Of a DNA stretch of 64,000 bases, positions 35,870 through 49,891 are shown in pieces. This stretch comes from Octopus sinensis (lineage: Eukaryota): positions 27,155,360 through 27,219,359 of the forward strand of contig NC_043019.1 in the NCBI RefSeq assembly GCF_006345805.1, in the 5' to 3' direction. Position 1 is the first letter of the stretch, and each line of letters starts with the position of its first letter. The notes beneath the pieces were generated by a model. It was not told the origin of the DNA, did no database searches, and saw only the letters and a program-made list of their open reading frames with translations. The translations under genes were made by a program, and so were the position numbers.

Positions 35870-36476
35870 GCGTGTGTGTGTGTGTATGTATGTATGTATG
35901 CATGCATGCATGTATGTATGTATGTATGCATGTATGTATGTATGTATGTATGTATACATGTATACATGTAAATATATATGCATGTATATATATATATATA
36001 TACATACATACATGCATGTAAATATGTATATATATGTATACATGTATACATGTAAATTTATACACACACACACACACACATTCATACATACATACACACA
36101 TACACACACACACATACATACACACATACACACATACATACATACATACATACATACACACATACACACATACACACATACATACATACATACATACATA
36201 CACACATACATACATACATACATACATACATACGCACATACACACATACACACATACATACATACATACATACACACATACATACATACATACAAACAAA
36301 CAAATTCCATTCCCCTGTTTTGATATTATTACTTGCAGAAAATATTTTCCATTATTTTCGACTATTTTGCATACTTCACAGTAATATAAAATCTGCAACG
36401 CATTTGGAATACTAAAATAAGCCGATGTGCTTCAAAAGGACACGGTTTGGATTTTAATCTTACCTACATAATCATA

Positions 36477-36543
<67 letters not shown>

Positions 36544-36565
36544 ATATATATCTATATATATATAC

Positions 36566-36662
<97 letters not shown>

Positions 36663-36678
36663 ATATATATATATAATC

Positions 36679-36737
<59 letters not shown>

Positions 36738-36743
36738 TATATA

Positions 36744-36806
<63 letters not shown>

Positions 36807-36915
36807 ATATATATATATCATACTGTATATTTTCTATGTCGTGTTATAATAAAAACAATTTTATATTAAACTGAAGAATTTATTCAATGCTTTTATGAAG
36901 TGCGTATTTATTGTT

Positions 36916-37044
36916 CTTTTGCAAGAAAATTGTTGACAGTGACTTCGAAGTTCCAGCCTGCTTAGACCTCATCAGGCCGACAGTGCGATAAAGGTAGAGC
37001 AGGTCTAAACTTTGAAGTCACTGTCGACACTATTCTTGTAAAAG
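36916..37044 (+). other. About 130-nt hairpin
   Basis: CTTTTGCAAGAAAATTGTTGACAGTGACTTCGAAGTT pairs with AACTTTGAAGTCACTGTCGACACTATTCTTGTAAAAG. Inner CCTGCT/AGCAGG pairing extends it. Confidence 0.75.
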
Positions 37045-37768
37045 TATAATGCATGTGAAGGCGCGTGACTCAATCGTTAGAGCATCGGACTCACAATCAT
37101 GAGGTGGTGAGTTCGATTCCCAGACTGGGCTGTGTGTTGTGTTCTTGGGCAAGACACTTTATTTCACGTTGCTCCAGTTCACTCATCTCTAGAAACTAAT
37201 TAAACCATCACTAGTTCCAAGCTGTATCAGCCTTTGCCTTTCCCTTGGATAATAACAGAAAAAGGAAGCTGGTATGCATGGGCGACTGCTGGTCTTGCTT
37301 AAACAACCTTGCCCGGGCTTGTGTCTCAGGGGGTAACTCTCTAGGTACAATCCTATGGTCAATCGTGACTGCGGGGATGGGGTCTTTGTGTGTGTGTGTG
37401 TGTGTGTATAAGCGCAGGAGTGGGTGTGTAATAATAAGCCTGCTAGCCAACCACATGGTTCGGGCTACTATAGCCTCGGGCCGACCAAAGCCTTGTGAGT
37501 GGATTTGGTAGATGGAAACTGAAAGAATCCTCTCGTGTATGTGTGTGTGTGGTGTGTGTGTTATTTGTGACTGTTTGTCAACTCACCATCACTTGACAAC
37601 CGATATTGGTGTATTTACGTCCCCGTCATCTAGCGGTTCGGCAAGAAGGGTTCGATAGAATACGTACTAAGCTTACAAAGAATAAGTCCTGGAGTCAATT
37701 TGTTCGACTAAAGGCGGTGCTCTAGCATGGCCGCAGTTAAATGACTGAAACAAGTAAAATAATATCTG

Positions 37769-37806
<38 letters not shown>

Positions 37807-37920
37807 TTTGTGTGTGTGTGTGCGTGTGTGTGTGTAGATGTGCTTAACACCATCTACATAATCCCCTGTGAGCGTGTGCGTGTGCATGTGCGCGCGTGTG
37901 TTTGTAATAAAAAACACCAA

Positions 37921-38097
37921 TAGGCGCAGGAGTGGTTGTGTAGTAAGTAGCTTGCTAACCAGCCACATGGTTCCGAGTTCAGTCCCACAGCGTGGCATCT
38001 TGGGCAAGTGTCTTCTGCTATAGCCCCGGGCCGACCAATGCCTTGTGAGTGGATTTGGTAGACGGAAACTGAAAGAAGCCTGTCGTATATATGTATA

Positions 38098-38176
<79 letters not shown>

Positions 38177-38328
38177 CTTTTTCTTTTTTACTCTTTTACT
38201 TGTTTCAGTCATTGGACTGCGGCCATGCTGGAGCACCACCTTTAGTCGTGCAAATCGACCCTGGGACTTATTCTTGTAAGCCCAGTACTTATTCTATCGG
38301 TCTCTTTTGCCGAACCGCTAAGTGACGG

Positions 38329-38415
<87 letters not shown>

Positions 38416-38645
38416 TGTATGTATGTATGTATGTGTGTGTATATGTTTGTGTGTCTGTTTTGTCCCCTAGCATTGCTTGACAACCGATGCTGGTGTGTTT
38501 ACGTCCCCGTCAACTAGCGGTTCGGCAAAAGAGACGATAGAATAAGTACTGGGCTTACAAAGAATAAGTCCCGGGGTCGATTTGCTCGACTAAAGGCGGT
38601 GCTCCAGCATGGCCGCAGTCAAATGACTGAAACAAGTAAATGAGA
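37921..38645 (+). mobile_element. SINE family A copy containing an inverted SINE-A 3' fragment (38175-38328) in its central microsatellite
   Basis: Order: head, (TA)n, reverse-complement 3' segment, (TA)n(TATG)n, forward 3' segment. A further partial copy lies at 37405-37760. Confidence 0.85.
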
Positions 38646-39520
38646 AAGATAAAGAGAAAGAGAGAATCTTTTTAAACGTAGATACCAAAGGTTTCTTAGT
38701 CGAACCATTAATTTATTTCGCCATTTTTCAAGCTGAGAATTTCACCATTTATCAGTTACTTTTCAATCAGATGACGAACAAGAAGCGGCTCGGCAAAAGA
38801 GACTGATAGATAAGTACCATGGCCACATTCAAATGAGTGAAACAAGTAAAAACAAAAAATTTAAATACAAGATATTAGAAAAGTTCATTTTATGGATGCG
38901 TAAACACAAGCCTTAACGAAGAGCGTGCAAGGGAGTTAATTCAAACTATTTATAGTTACCCAAAGTTTTATTGTGGTCTATTGGGAGTTATGTCCCTTAC
39001 ATTTCAAATCTTTGTAAGCCTCTGAAACAGGCGTTCTGAACCATTTTCTTACCTATGGAACCCTTTTATTAGAATTTTACTCTGGTGGACCCCTATAACC
39101 ATTCAATCTTTATAAACTAGTTTTAAAGAAATTCTTTCAAAATTCTGATTTTGTTTTTCACACATTAACTTGTGAAGGTTGAACTACGTAAAACATACAA
39201 GAGAAAGATACATGCCAATACGGAGCCCTTGAAATACAATTGTGGATCCCTGTTGACCCCCAAAAATCTTATATGGACCCTGGTTGAGAACCACTGCTCT
39301 AAAGGATGTTTGCATGCTAAATCTGAGTTGATGGGAACAAACCAACGCCAGGTGTCAAGTGGTGTTTAGGGACTAACACGTACGCAAGCACACACACACC
39401 TGTGTAATTACATATGTTAACATATAGGCACGCATATATAAGTAAAATTTCACATACAGTTATACTCATGCACACAGACACATATATAAATACATGAATA
39501 TAAATAGTTGCATAATAATA

Positions 39521-40086
39521 TTGGGTTGTCCGGAAAGTTCGTGCCGATTTTTAAAGGAAAGAAAAAGGTCAATAAATACTTGCCATTACATTTTTAATCA
39601 ACCAAATATGAACCATTTTCATGCACAATGCGTCTCCATCTTTCCTTTAACTTGAAAATACCCTCTTCCCAGAATTGAGGTGGTTTCATGGCAAAGAATT
39701 CATCAAGGTATCTTTTTGCGTCATCCAAGGAATTGAAATTTTTACCATTAAGATTATTCTGCAGAGACCTGAATAAGTGGAAATCCGAAGGAGCAATATC
39801 TATTGAATATGGAGGGTGGGATAACGCATCCCATCCGAGCTGCAACAATTTTTGTCTGGTTCCCAAAGCATCAAGTGCCGAAAATGAACTTTCTTACCTT
39901 CCATTTTAAAGGGTTACAGAATTAACACAGGTTATAGGAACATAAATCTCCTTCCACGAAAAGATAGCTTAAACTGTGCTCTAAATCGTGATGTAGTCAA
40001 ATCCTATTTTATGGACTCAACCATGTTCTAAAATACGTCGAAAGGTAAGCTACTATAAATCGGCACGAACTTTCCGGACAACCCAA
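39521..40086 (-). mobile_element. Internally deleted mariner element
   Basis: Perfect TIRs TTGGGTTGTCCGGAAAGTTCGTGCCGATTT, TA duplication on both sides, transposase C-terminus HPPYSIDIAPSDFHLFRSLQN...WEEGIFKLKERWRRIVHENGSY. Confidence 0.92.
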
Positions 40087-40898
40087 TAATTAGTTTCGAA
40101 TTTTGACACAAAGCCAGCAATTTAGGAAGACGAGGTAAATCATTTACATTGCCCCACTGCTCAACTGGAACTTATTTTATCGAACCCCAAAGGAAGGAAG
40201 ACAAAGTCGACGTCGGTGAATTTGAGCTCAGAACACGAAGACGTCGAAATGTCGCCGAACATTTTGCTCGGCGCGGTAATCATTTTGCCAGCTTGCCACT
40301 TTAGTGACATAGTAATAAGAGCAATTTGTTAAATTGGAAGAAGTCCACACATAATTTTCTGATTCATTTCAACAATTATTTAATTTCGATTCCCGGACCG
40401 AGATGTGTATTGCATTCTTTACATGTTACTGCAATTCACTCAGCTGTAGAAATGAGTTACGACGTCACTAGTGCCAAGCTGTATCGGCCCCTTTGCCTTT
40501 CCCTTGGATACCATCGGTGACATGGAGAGAGGAAGCTGGTATGCATGGGTGACTGCTGGTCTCCCATAAACAACTATGTCCGAACTTGTGCGTCGGAGGG
40601 GAACTTTCTTGGTGCAATTCCATGGTCATTCATGACCGAAGTGGGTCCAATTTGTTACCATCAGTATTATGATGTACCACTGTGTTGATTCCTTGATACA
40701 TGCCAAGTTAAAGATCTCACCGCTACTCGAGTTTTGTGCCCTGCGATCTTTAGATACTGTCTATACAAATATGTTGAGTATTGTTAAGGCGGCGAGCTGA
40801 CAGAATCATTAGCATACTGGACAAAATGCTTAGCGGCATTTCACTCGTCTTTATCTTCTGAGCTCAAATTCCGCCAGCAATTGGCCTTGTACCAGAAT

Positions 40899-41220
40899 TT
40901 AAGTCAATAGTTTTTCAAGAAAACTTACTGAACATTTTTGTGACCCGTTGATATAACGTCTGGTTTTGAAGAGGATTTTCCATTTGATATCGAAATTTCT
41001 CCCTTTGTCTTTGAGTTTCCAGACAAAAGCCGAAAGGGTCGTTGAATGTCTCTTATCAACAGAGCCTGAATTTCGAAAGGTAGATTTCAATTTTCCTCCC
41101 ACGGCTCCGATACAACGTTTGTTTTCTGTCCAACCGTTGCCGTCTTGGTCACTTGTATAGAATTACGTAGCTAACATGTAGAGAATGACATCGCTGTCCA
41201 CATATACTGTACTGGACCAA
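40899..41220 (-). mobile_element. Degenerate Penelope-like GIY-YIG endonuclease fragment
   Basis: KSTFRN...RHSTTLSAFVWKLKDKGRNFDIKWKILFKTRRYINGSQKCSVSFLEKLL resembles the C-terminus of Penelope-clade endonucleases. Confidence 0.7.
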
Positions 41221-42123
41221 TCATCGAGCAAGATTGGAACCAGAAGTGCCCAAAATCTCTGGATTTTCCTGTTTTCTAAAGACAGCCCAAATATACACCT
41301 AAATTATAAAATAAACAATGAAAATTAAAGAACTAAATTGTATTAAACAGATTCAAATTAATACACTTCTAAAGCAAGGTCTGTTTGATATTTGTTAATC
41401 CTCTTAAAACTCATAAAATTTATCATACTGTATCATACAGTACAATGTTTATAGGATGAAAATTAGATGAAGAAAATAAATAACATGATTTTTATAACAA
41501 ATATGAAGTATGTTTAAACTTTATCAATCCACTTAGAAAAGTAAAGGACAAAACAATCTTTAATACACTGTATGCAAATTAACCAACTTCAAAAACAGGG
41601 TCTGTTTACTCAATACGGAGATGAGACCCTATACTGCATGATTTTGCGCGGTATTCCCGAATAATAGATCCGTAACTGTATGTTGGAAACTGCAAGTGTT
41701 AAACCTGTACGAGTAAGGGAAGTCTAGGTCTATTAGTTTTATAGGAGTCGGACATTTTGGTGAAGCGAAGAAACAAAGGAACCGACTCCATCACCAAATA
41801 ATTATTTGAGTATTTTTTACTTGAACGACATTGAGTTAACTAACCATTAGTTAATCGACTCCTGAAACGTGGAACGCAAAATGAACATCGACAAGATTTA
41901 AACTCAGAGCATAAACGAACGAAACCAAAAACAAAATATGTCAACGGTGGGAAAACAAAATATTGGTAAAAATTAAGAAATAAACCATTAAACTTTGCTC
42001 CCCGATTAATCGTTCTTATCCACTCTCATCTCGGCCAGCTCTTTCCGCAAATAAATCATAATGGATATCAAGCAGGACCAATAAAGATTTTGTTGGCTTC
42101 GATCTGGCCATAATCCTTTAAAC

Positions 42124-42795
42124 CAGAGGTTCTCAACCGGAGTCCATACGGCCCCTGAGGGTCTATAACAAGATTTTTGAAGGTCCGTGCAACAAAATAA
42201 TAAGTTAGGGGGTCCACAATAACATTTTATGGGTCCCTGAAAAGATTTTGCCTTAGATGTATGTATTGCTATGCATTGCAAGAAACGACTTTCTTTCGGT
42301 GCTTGTATAGTATGCGGTCTATCACGGTTTCAAACAGGGTTGTCTACACTGTCTTTCAGATATTTCAGAGATTAAAAAACTTCAGATATTTCAGAGATCG
42401 TTTATTTTTTTTTGTTTTTTCAGAATCAGAGTTTTAGCATCTAACCATGATCACTCAATGGCATGAGTGTATGCTCCGGTCACTGAACCCACATAATGTC
42501 GTTGATGGTTCACTGTCAGATGGTGATAACCTATGGCATTTAGGTTATTATAAGCGGGCCACTCATCTGAATGAATTCTCTTTACTCTTTTACTTGTTCC
42601 AGTCATTTGACTGCAGCCATGCTGGAGCACCGCCTTTAGTCCAGCAACTCGATCCCAGGACTTATTCTTTTGTAAGCCCAGTACTTATTCTATCGGTCTC
42701 TTTTGCCGAACCGCTAAGTAACGGGGACATAAACACACCAGCATCGGTTGTCAAGCAATGCTAGGGGGACAAACACAGACACACAAACACACACA

Positions 42796-42881
<86 letters not shown>

Positions 42882-43760
42882 TACGACGGGCTTCTTTCAG
42901 TCTCTGTCTACCAAATCCACTCACAAGGCTTTGGTCGGCCCGAGGTTATAGTAGAAGACACTTGCCCAAGGTGCCACGCAGTGGGACTGAACCCGGAACC
43001 ATGTGGTTGGTAAACAAGCTACATACCACACAGCCACTCCTGCGAACCTTTTTCACATTCTCTTTCAATAATTGGGATCAGACTATTCCCGTCACGCCGT
43101 TCCACACACAAGTATCGACAGCCTGAGCTGTTTGAGACCAAAAACCCACGGCCCATCAATTCTACGTCCATGGTATCTGTTTTGTTTCGTTGTTCTGCAT
43201 CACTGTCTTCGAAGAGAGGGGCGTTGTCACCATTCAGCACTCTTCCTCAATTGTATTTTCGTCAAACAGCAAACCTTGTTTCGTTGATTTGATTGGGGTT
43301 ATCGTCTGTTCCAACCATCTTCCCTCGTATTTCATGATAAACTATGGCACCACACACCTCGCGGCACATATCATACCAGTCAGTTATTGTATTTTTAAAA
43401 TTTCCTGTTAGAGTTACTACTGCGGTCATGGGTCTATCCATGATAAAGAAAAATATTAGTTCTAAAATTTCTCTGAAGCTCAGCTTGCAGTTTAATTTGT
43501 TGTTAGTGTCCGTATAATGGGAAAATTGGATTCCTTTATTAACTGATCGTTTAAGGTAGATAACCCTGGCAATACTGTTTGACAACGTGGTAGATCGCAT
43601 ACTATACTAGCGCCTTACATAGTCCAACCTACACAAGTTAATGTGAGAAAAAAAATTAAGAAGTTTCTATAAAATTAGTTTTAAACATAAAATGGGGGGC
43701 CACCAGAATAAAATAGAAATCAAAGGGGGTCCATAGATAAAAAATGGTTGAGAACTCCCC
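42124..43760. mobile_element. Non-autonomous hAT element (host of nested insertions)
   Basis: Termini CAGAGGTTCTCAACC and GGTTGAGAACTCCCC, with perfect 8-bp TSD CTTTAAAC (42116-42123 and 43761-43768). Confidence 0.8.
42298..43614 (-). mobile_element. Merlin (IS1016/IS1595-like) transposon relic, interrupted by a SINE-A (42586-43044)
   Basis: TITDWYDMCREVC, QINETRFA, CVERRDGNSLIPIIERECEKGS then, past the SINE, IHSDEWPAYNNLNAIGYHHLTVNHQRHYV...AIE*SWLDAK. About 25-bp TIRs GGTGCTTGTATAGTATGCGGTCTA and TAGATCGCATACTATACTAGCGCC. No TSD found. Confidence 0.82.
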
Positions 43761-43957
43761 CTTTAAACTATATTCTGCTCCCCACTTGTGGTTAATCTCA
43801 GGGGAAGTAACTGAGAAATGTTTTTAAATATTCTTTTCTACTCTAGGCAAAAAGGCCCGAAATTTGGGGTCAGACGTCAGTTGATTAGATCGACTCTAGA
43901 ATGCAACTGGTACTTAATTTATCGACCCCGAATATATATATATATAAATATTCGTGC

Positions 43958-43996
<39 letters not shown>

Positions 43997-43998
43997 TA

Positions 43999-44047
<49 letters not shown>

Positions 44048-44061
44048 CATATATATATATA

Positions 44062-44452
44062 CTCTTTACTCTTTTACTTGTTTCAGTCATTTGACTGCGG
44101 CCATGCTGGAGCACCGCCTTTAATCGAGCAACTCGGCCCCGGGACTTATTCTTTTGTAAGCCCAGTACTTATTCTATCGGTCTCTTTTGCCGAACCGCTA
44201 AGTAACGGGGACATAAACACACCAGCATCGGTTGTCAAGCAATGCTAGGGGGACAAACACAGACACACAAACGCATATATATATACATATATACGACGGG
44301 CTTCTTTCAGTTTCCGTCTACCAAATCTACTCACAAGGCTTTGGTCGACCCGAGGCTATAGCAGAAGACACTTGCCCAAGGTGCCACGCAGTGGGACTGA
44401 ACCCGGAACCATGTGGTTGGTAAACAAGCTACTTACCACACAGCCACTCCTG
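44062..44452 (-). mobile_element. SINE family A copy
   Basis: Full consensus. Similar copies at 45222-45612(-), 52205-52552(-), 56598-56960(+), 58985-59370(-), 61973-62375(+) and 63183-63580(-). Confidence 0.85.
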
Positions 44453-44728
44453 TGTATATATATAAAGCAATCAATCAAATATGTATACTGGGACCCGTCA
44501 ACAGGAGAAGCGAAAGGAAGTTCTTTTCATATACTAGCGTGATGTAAACTGATTCTGTTGTTATGTCAAAATGAACGAGAGATAAAGAAAGGGAGAAAGA
44601 GAGAGTAGTAGGTGGAATGCGAGTGTCATCTGCCATAGTAGACACCCCATACATGACCACCACTCCACCAACACAACCACCATCTGTAGCCACTACATCA
44701 CCGTGTTGTTCAAAATAACTATTTTGTT

Positions 44729-44967
44729 AGGCGGCGAGCTGGCAGAATCGTTAGCACGCCGGGCGAAATGCTTAGTGGTATTTCGTCTGCCGTTACGTTC
44801 TGAGTTCAAATTCCGCCGAGGTCGACTTTGCCTTTCATCCTTTCAGGGTCGATTGAATAAGTACCAGTTACGCACTGGAGTCGATATAATCGACTTAATC
44901 CGTTTGTCTGTCCTTGTTTGTCCTCTCTGTGTTTAGCCCCTTGTAGGTAGTAAAGAAATAGGTATTT
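44729..44967 (+). mobile_element. SINE family B monomer ending in AAAGAAATA-GGTATTT
   Basis: Full head GGCGGCGAGCTGGCAGAATCGTTAG...GTTCAAATTCC. Other monomers or fragments at about 47400-47625, 47690-47840(-), 53650-53870, 59855-60055 and 60995-61210. Confidence 0.88.
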
Positions 44968-47900
44968 GTCCCTTCATTCCCTGCCGTGTTCATAATCATC
45001 CCCAAACTCATTAAAATTCCAAGTCACAGACTATTTTAATTCTACCAAACTTATTTACCATAACCTCTAAACTCAGAAAAATCTCTCTTTGTTCTTATTA
45101 AATCGTGGTGCTGTTGTTCAATGCCTAGCTGGAGCAACCAGTTAATGTAAATTAATGACTAAAAAATGAAGTTGACATTCTTGTCCTTCGGGAAACCCCT
45201 TCAAAAAAATCTTTTATCGTTTGTTTCAGCCATGAGACTGCAGCCATGCTGGGGCACCGCCTTGAAGAATTTTAGTCGAATGTATTGACCCCAATACTTA
45301 TTTTGTAAAAGCTTGGTACTTATTCTATCAGTCTCTTTTACCGAACCACCAAGTTACAGGGACGTAAACACACCAGCACCGGTTGTCAAGCAGTGGGGGG
45401 ACACTAACACAGACACAAAGTCACACACGCATAGATATATATGCACATATATACGACGGGCTTCTATCAGTTTCCGTCTACCAAATCCACTTACTTGGCT
45501 TTGGTAGGCATGAGGCTGTAGTAGAAGACACAAGGTGCCACGCAGTGGGACTGAACCCCAAACCATGTTGTTAGGAAGTAAACCTCTTACCACACAGCCA
45601 CGCCTACGCCTAAAATACTCGGTACCTCTTGCTTTGATTTCCTCCAGATGTACAGTCCCCAATTATACTCTTGAAGCCAGACAAAAGGACAAAAAATACA
45701 GCACAATGAAAAGGACTTTAGCCTGATGACAGTTACAGAATTCGCCATGAAAGAAGCGGTGGGTGTGAGATAATACAATAGGAAATGTTCATAAATCTTT
45801 CCTCTAGAAACAGTTAAACACCTGCCTGCAATTTTTCCAGTATCCAATAACAGCTGGAAACTTCCATGGCCACCAAAATGACAGCGACTACAACAGAAAA
45901 AGGCCTCCGGGGAAACAATCAGAACCTGAGCTAATCTTTACCTGGTTCTATTTTTACCTGAGTTCATCACTACCTGGGTTAATCATTACCTGTGCCCAAT
46001 TTAAATCATCTACCAGCCACCGAACCTCAATATACAAATCAAGTAAAAAGGAACTTTCTCCTCAGCAAGGTAACAACATGAATCCACTACTGATCTTGAT
46101 TTCTTAAGAAAACATGAAAACCAGAACCGTCTTCCAGGAGAAAGTCCTGAATGACTTTGTAAGAGTTAGCACTTCCTTCTCTAAGCTTGGATTCGAAATC
46201 GAATCCAAGAATCATCGGTCGTCAAATACCAATGCATGTATAGGCGCGAAATTAAGAATCCATTTGTTCTGTCAAAAAGTGATTGATCATCTCCCTTTGA
46301 CCTACGACCTGAGCCATGTCAGGCGATGTTCAACTGGACAAACGATGACCTACTTAAGTAGTAACTCTGTTGCAGTATAGCTATCTTTCTAGCTGTCTCA
46401 AATATTATAAATACAAAGGGAAAAACAGAGAAACACACAATCGGAGCTGACACAGCAGCAGACATCCCGCGTTTTGGAGACGACTAGAGAAATGCCTACA
46501 GGTTACTGTTCTGAATGATTCACGCACATACCCACACACACACAAACATATTCATCTTTAATATGTGTTCTGTACAAGCAATGCGTAGCATTTGCTTACA
46601 TTTTTATGTAGTGGACTTATAACCCATGTAAATAAATCCCTGTTTAATCATGAAACAGTTTATGTATTTATTTACGCACACACACATCCACTACAACTTC
46701 ACAAATAGTTCACTGCAGACAACCTAGTCAACTGTCAACCTAGATCTCTACTGCACTATCTTTTCGAACCACTGGAGCGAATCATGCTCAAACGACTAAC
46801 ACACCAATTTCCGAAGCCGTCATACTCACTGAACATGTCGGTTTTAGATCAATGCGTAATACATTAAAACGTTTGCTGTCGTTCATGTGTTAAGTGAAAA
46901 TATGAGTAAAAACAGTAAACAGATCCCGTCTTTGTAGACCTGTCAACAGACCACAATTCTGTTTAGTACGGGGGCCTCAAAATGAAATTTACCAAAATCA
47001 TTAATGGATCGAACGTTATGAGAACAAAGTGATCTTAAAGGAGAAACTGTTCTCCTGTGACCAACACAACAGCGATTCGCATATTTGCGTTTGATTGTAC
47101 CAGAACGTATTAAGAATAACGATACAATTCACCGTTTCGAGTCACGCTGTTCGCCATGCGTATGACGAATTATTATTATCGGTTGGCAGATAACAGCGTG
47201 GATCGGTGAACTGTTTGTTCACTGAAATTATAAACAAGGCTATCGGCTCTTGTTTAGATTAATAGGTCCGAACACTTCTGGTAAACGATGCACACCATGT
47301 CGAAACATTGGTGTTCTAGAATCCTATGTACTAATGAATCGAATGTGTTATGTGTACATGGATGTAGTAAAGGAGTTGTTCACTTCTGACCAACAGAGCA
47401 GCGAGAGCTGGCAGAATCGTTAGCACGTCGGGCGAAATGCTTAGCGGTATTTCGGCTGCCGTAACGTTGTGAGTTCAAATTCCGCCGAGGTCGACTTTGC
47501 CTTTCATCCTTTCGGGGTCGATAAATTAAGTATCAGTTACGCACTGGGGTCGATGTAATCGACTTAATACCTATGTTTGTCCCCTCTATGTTTAGCCCTT
47601 TGTGGGTAATAAAGAAATAGGTATATTTGCGTTCAAATCTGAAAGAATTAGTTTCAAATTTTGGCACAAGGCCAGCAATTTTTAGGGAAGGGGTAAGTTC
47701 ATTACATCGATCCCAGTGTTCAACTGGTAATTTTATCGACCCCGAAGGGAGGAAATGCAAAGTCGACCTCGACGGAATTTGAACTCAAAACGTAAATGCG
47801 GACGAAATACCGCTTAGCATTTTATCCGGCGTGCTAACGATTCTACCAGCTCTCTGCCTTAACTTTCAGAGATTGTTTGTTCCTTCTCAAGCCATGCCTG

Positions 47901-49020
47901 GCTCATAGGGCCGTTTCCCGGTTTCCTTTGTGTATAGGTTCCCCAACTGGACGGGACGCAGGAGGAAAGAGTGAGAGAAAGTTGTGGCGAAAGAGTCAGC
48001 AGAAGTTCGCCATTGCCTTCTGCCGGAGCCTCGTGGAGCTTAGGTGTTTCGCTCATAAACACACACATCTCCCGCTCTGAGATTCGAACCCGCGATCCCT
48101 CGACTGCGAGTTCGCTGGTCTAACCACTAGGCCATGTACCTCCACAACTTTCAGAGATACTGGTTTCAAATTCTAGCACAAGGCTAGCAATTTTTAGGGA
48201 AAGGGTAAGTCAGTTACATCGATCCCAAGCGTTCAGCTGGTACTCATGTTATCGACCCCGAAAGGATGAAAGGCAAAGTTGACCTCGGCGGCATTTGAAC
48301 TCAAAACGTTCGGCCCAACCACTTTAAATGGAGCATACAATATTGTAAATAATATATAATTATAGTTATTATTAAAAAGGATCTTTGTGTGTCGCTCTTC
48401 TCCATAATTGACAACCTTCGGGTTTGTTTGCAAATTTATAAATATATACTCAAATTAAAATTACGGGAAATTGGTGTGTGGGCTGTGGGTGAATTAGGTG
48501 CGTACGGAGCCATTAAAGCATTGATGTCGTGTTCAATTCCCAGTGGTTAGGACCATCTTTTTCGGTCAGTTGTTTAGGTTTAGTCGCTTTAAATGGAGAA
48601 TATATTATTGTAAATAATATACGTGTGTGTGTGTATACATCCTTTCCTTAAATAAATATATCATAATGTGTTCTCGAATTTTGTTCCTGTCTGCAATACA
48701 CTCAACCGGCCTAATCCATAATAATCTTACATCAGCGTTGGATTAACCACTTTGCAAAATAAGCACCTGCGTAGGACATCAGAGGAAAGAGGCGCCACAG
48801 AAATGGTAAATGGTTTACGGCACAAAAGAAATCATTTAAAACTTGCTAAAATAATGTTTGAAGTGGTTCATATGATTGGAAATATAGTTTCGAAGCGTTA
48901 ATGGTGTCAAAGTAAGGATCTGGTCAATGGCTTTGCAATTAGCAAAAGGTAGTAAACTTTTCAAATATAAAATGAAAGTCTACAAAAGTAAACATTTTCC
49001 ATCTTAACATTAGTTTTGGT

Positions 49021-49891
49021 GGATCTTTTCGGTTTGAACGGCAGTTTTTTCTAGCGGTGTCATATGAAATTATCACCCATAATTATAACCCTAGTATCGA
49101 TCTATTGCATTTCAATCTGATTTAGGGTTAGGGTTAGGGGTGGGGAGAAGGGTATCTTTTTTTCTTCACAAATGTAAATAAACCCAATCTATTTCTTAAA
49201 CGAGGGACATATTCATACGGCACAGAATGGGGTTTTTTTACATCAGTAGACGTCAGTGATTGGTTGAAATTGCAGAAATTGAAGAAAAAAAAACAACAAA
49301 TATCTTACAAACTATAGAATTTTCTCAATAAAGCCAATAGAAAAAGATGTTTTATAAACACATTCTACCAGTATATGAAGTTTAAAACTTTTTAGTTACC
49401 TAGAAATTATGTTAAAAACTGCCGTTCAAACCGAAAAGATCCTTTTAATGTTCCTGCAAGAAATTAATGATCTTTTCGGTTTGAACGGCAGTTTTTTCTA
49501 GCTGTGTTATATGAAATTTCCACCCATAATTATGACCCTAGAATCGATCTATTGAATTTCAATCTCTTTTAGGGTTAGGGTTAGGGTTAGGGGTGGGGAG
49601 AAGGGTATCTTTTTTTCTTCATAAATGTAAATAAACCCAATCTGTTTCTTAAACGAGGGACATATTCATACGACACAGAATGCTTTTTAACTCAAAAGAC
49701 ATCACTGATTGGTTGAAATTGCAGAAATTGAAGAAAACAAACAACAAATATCTTACAAACTATAGAATTTTCTCAATAAAGCCAGGAGAAAAAGATGTTT
49801 TATAAACACATTCTACCAGTATACAAAGTTTAAAACTTTTTAGTTACCTAGAAATTATGTTAAAAACTGCCGTTCAAACCGAAAAGATCCC
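49021..49891. mobile_element. Two adjacent copies of a about 420-bp MITE (49021-49442 and 49469-49891) with internal TTAGGG-like repeats
   Basis: TIR GATCTTTTCGGTTTGAACGGCAGTTTTT at both ends of each copy. Confidence 0.85.

Noticed and set aside
36955-36980. Hammerhead on the minus strand (CTGATGAG)
   Set aside because: No correctly placed GAAA box or stems I/III. Better explained as part of the + strand hairpin.
45587-45847. Second claudin-like exon (NWGLYIW)
   Set aside because: Motif spacing is wrong, no convincing splice sites or partner exons were found, and the ORF runs into a SINE.
46600-47400. Unique-looking stretch possibly coding
   Set aside because: No ORF with recognisable motifs or paired splice sites. 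Left unannotated.
49125-49600. Interstitial telomere
   Set aside because: Only 2-3 TTAGGG units, at the same position inside two MITE copies.
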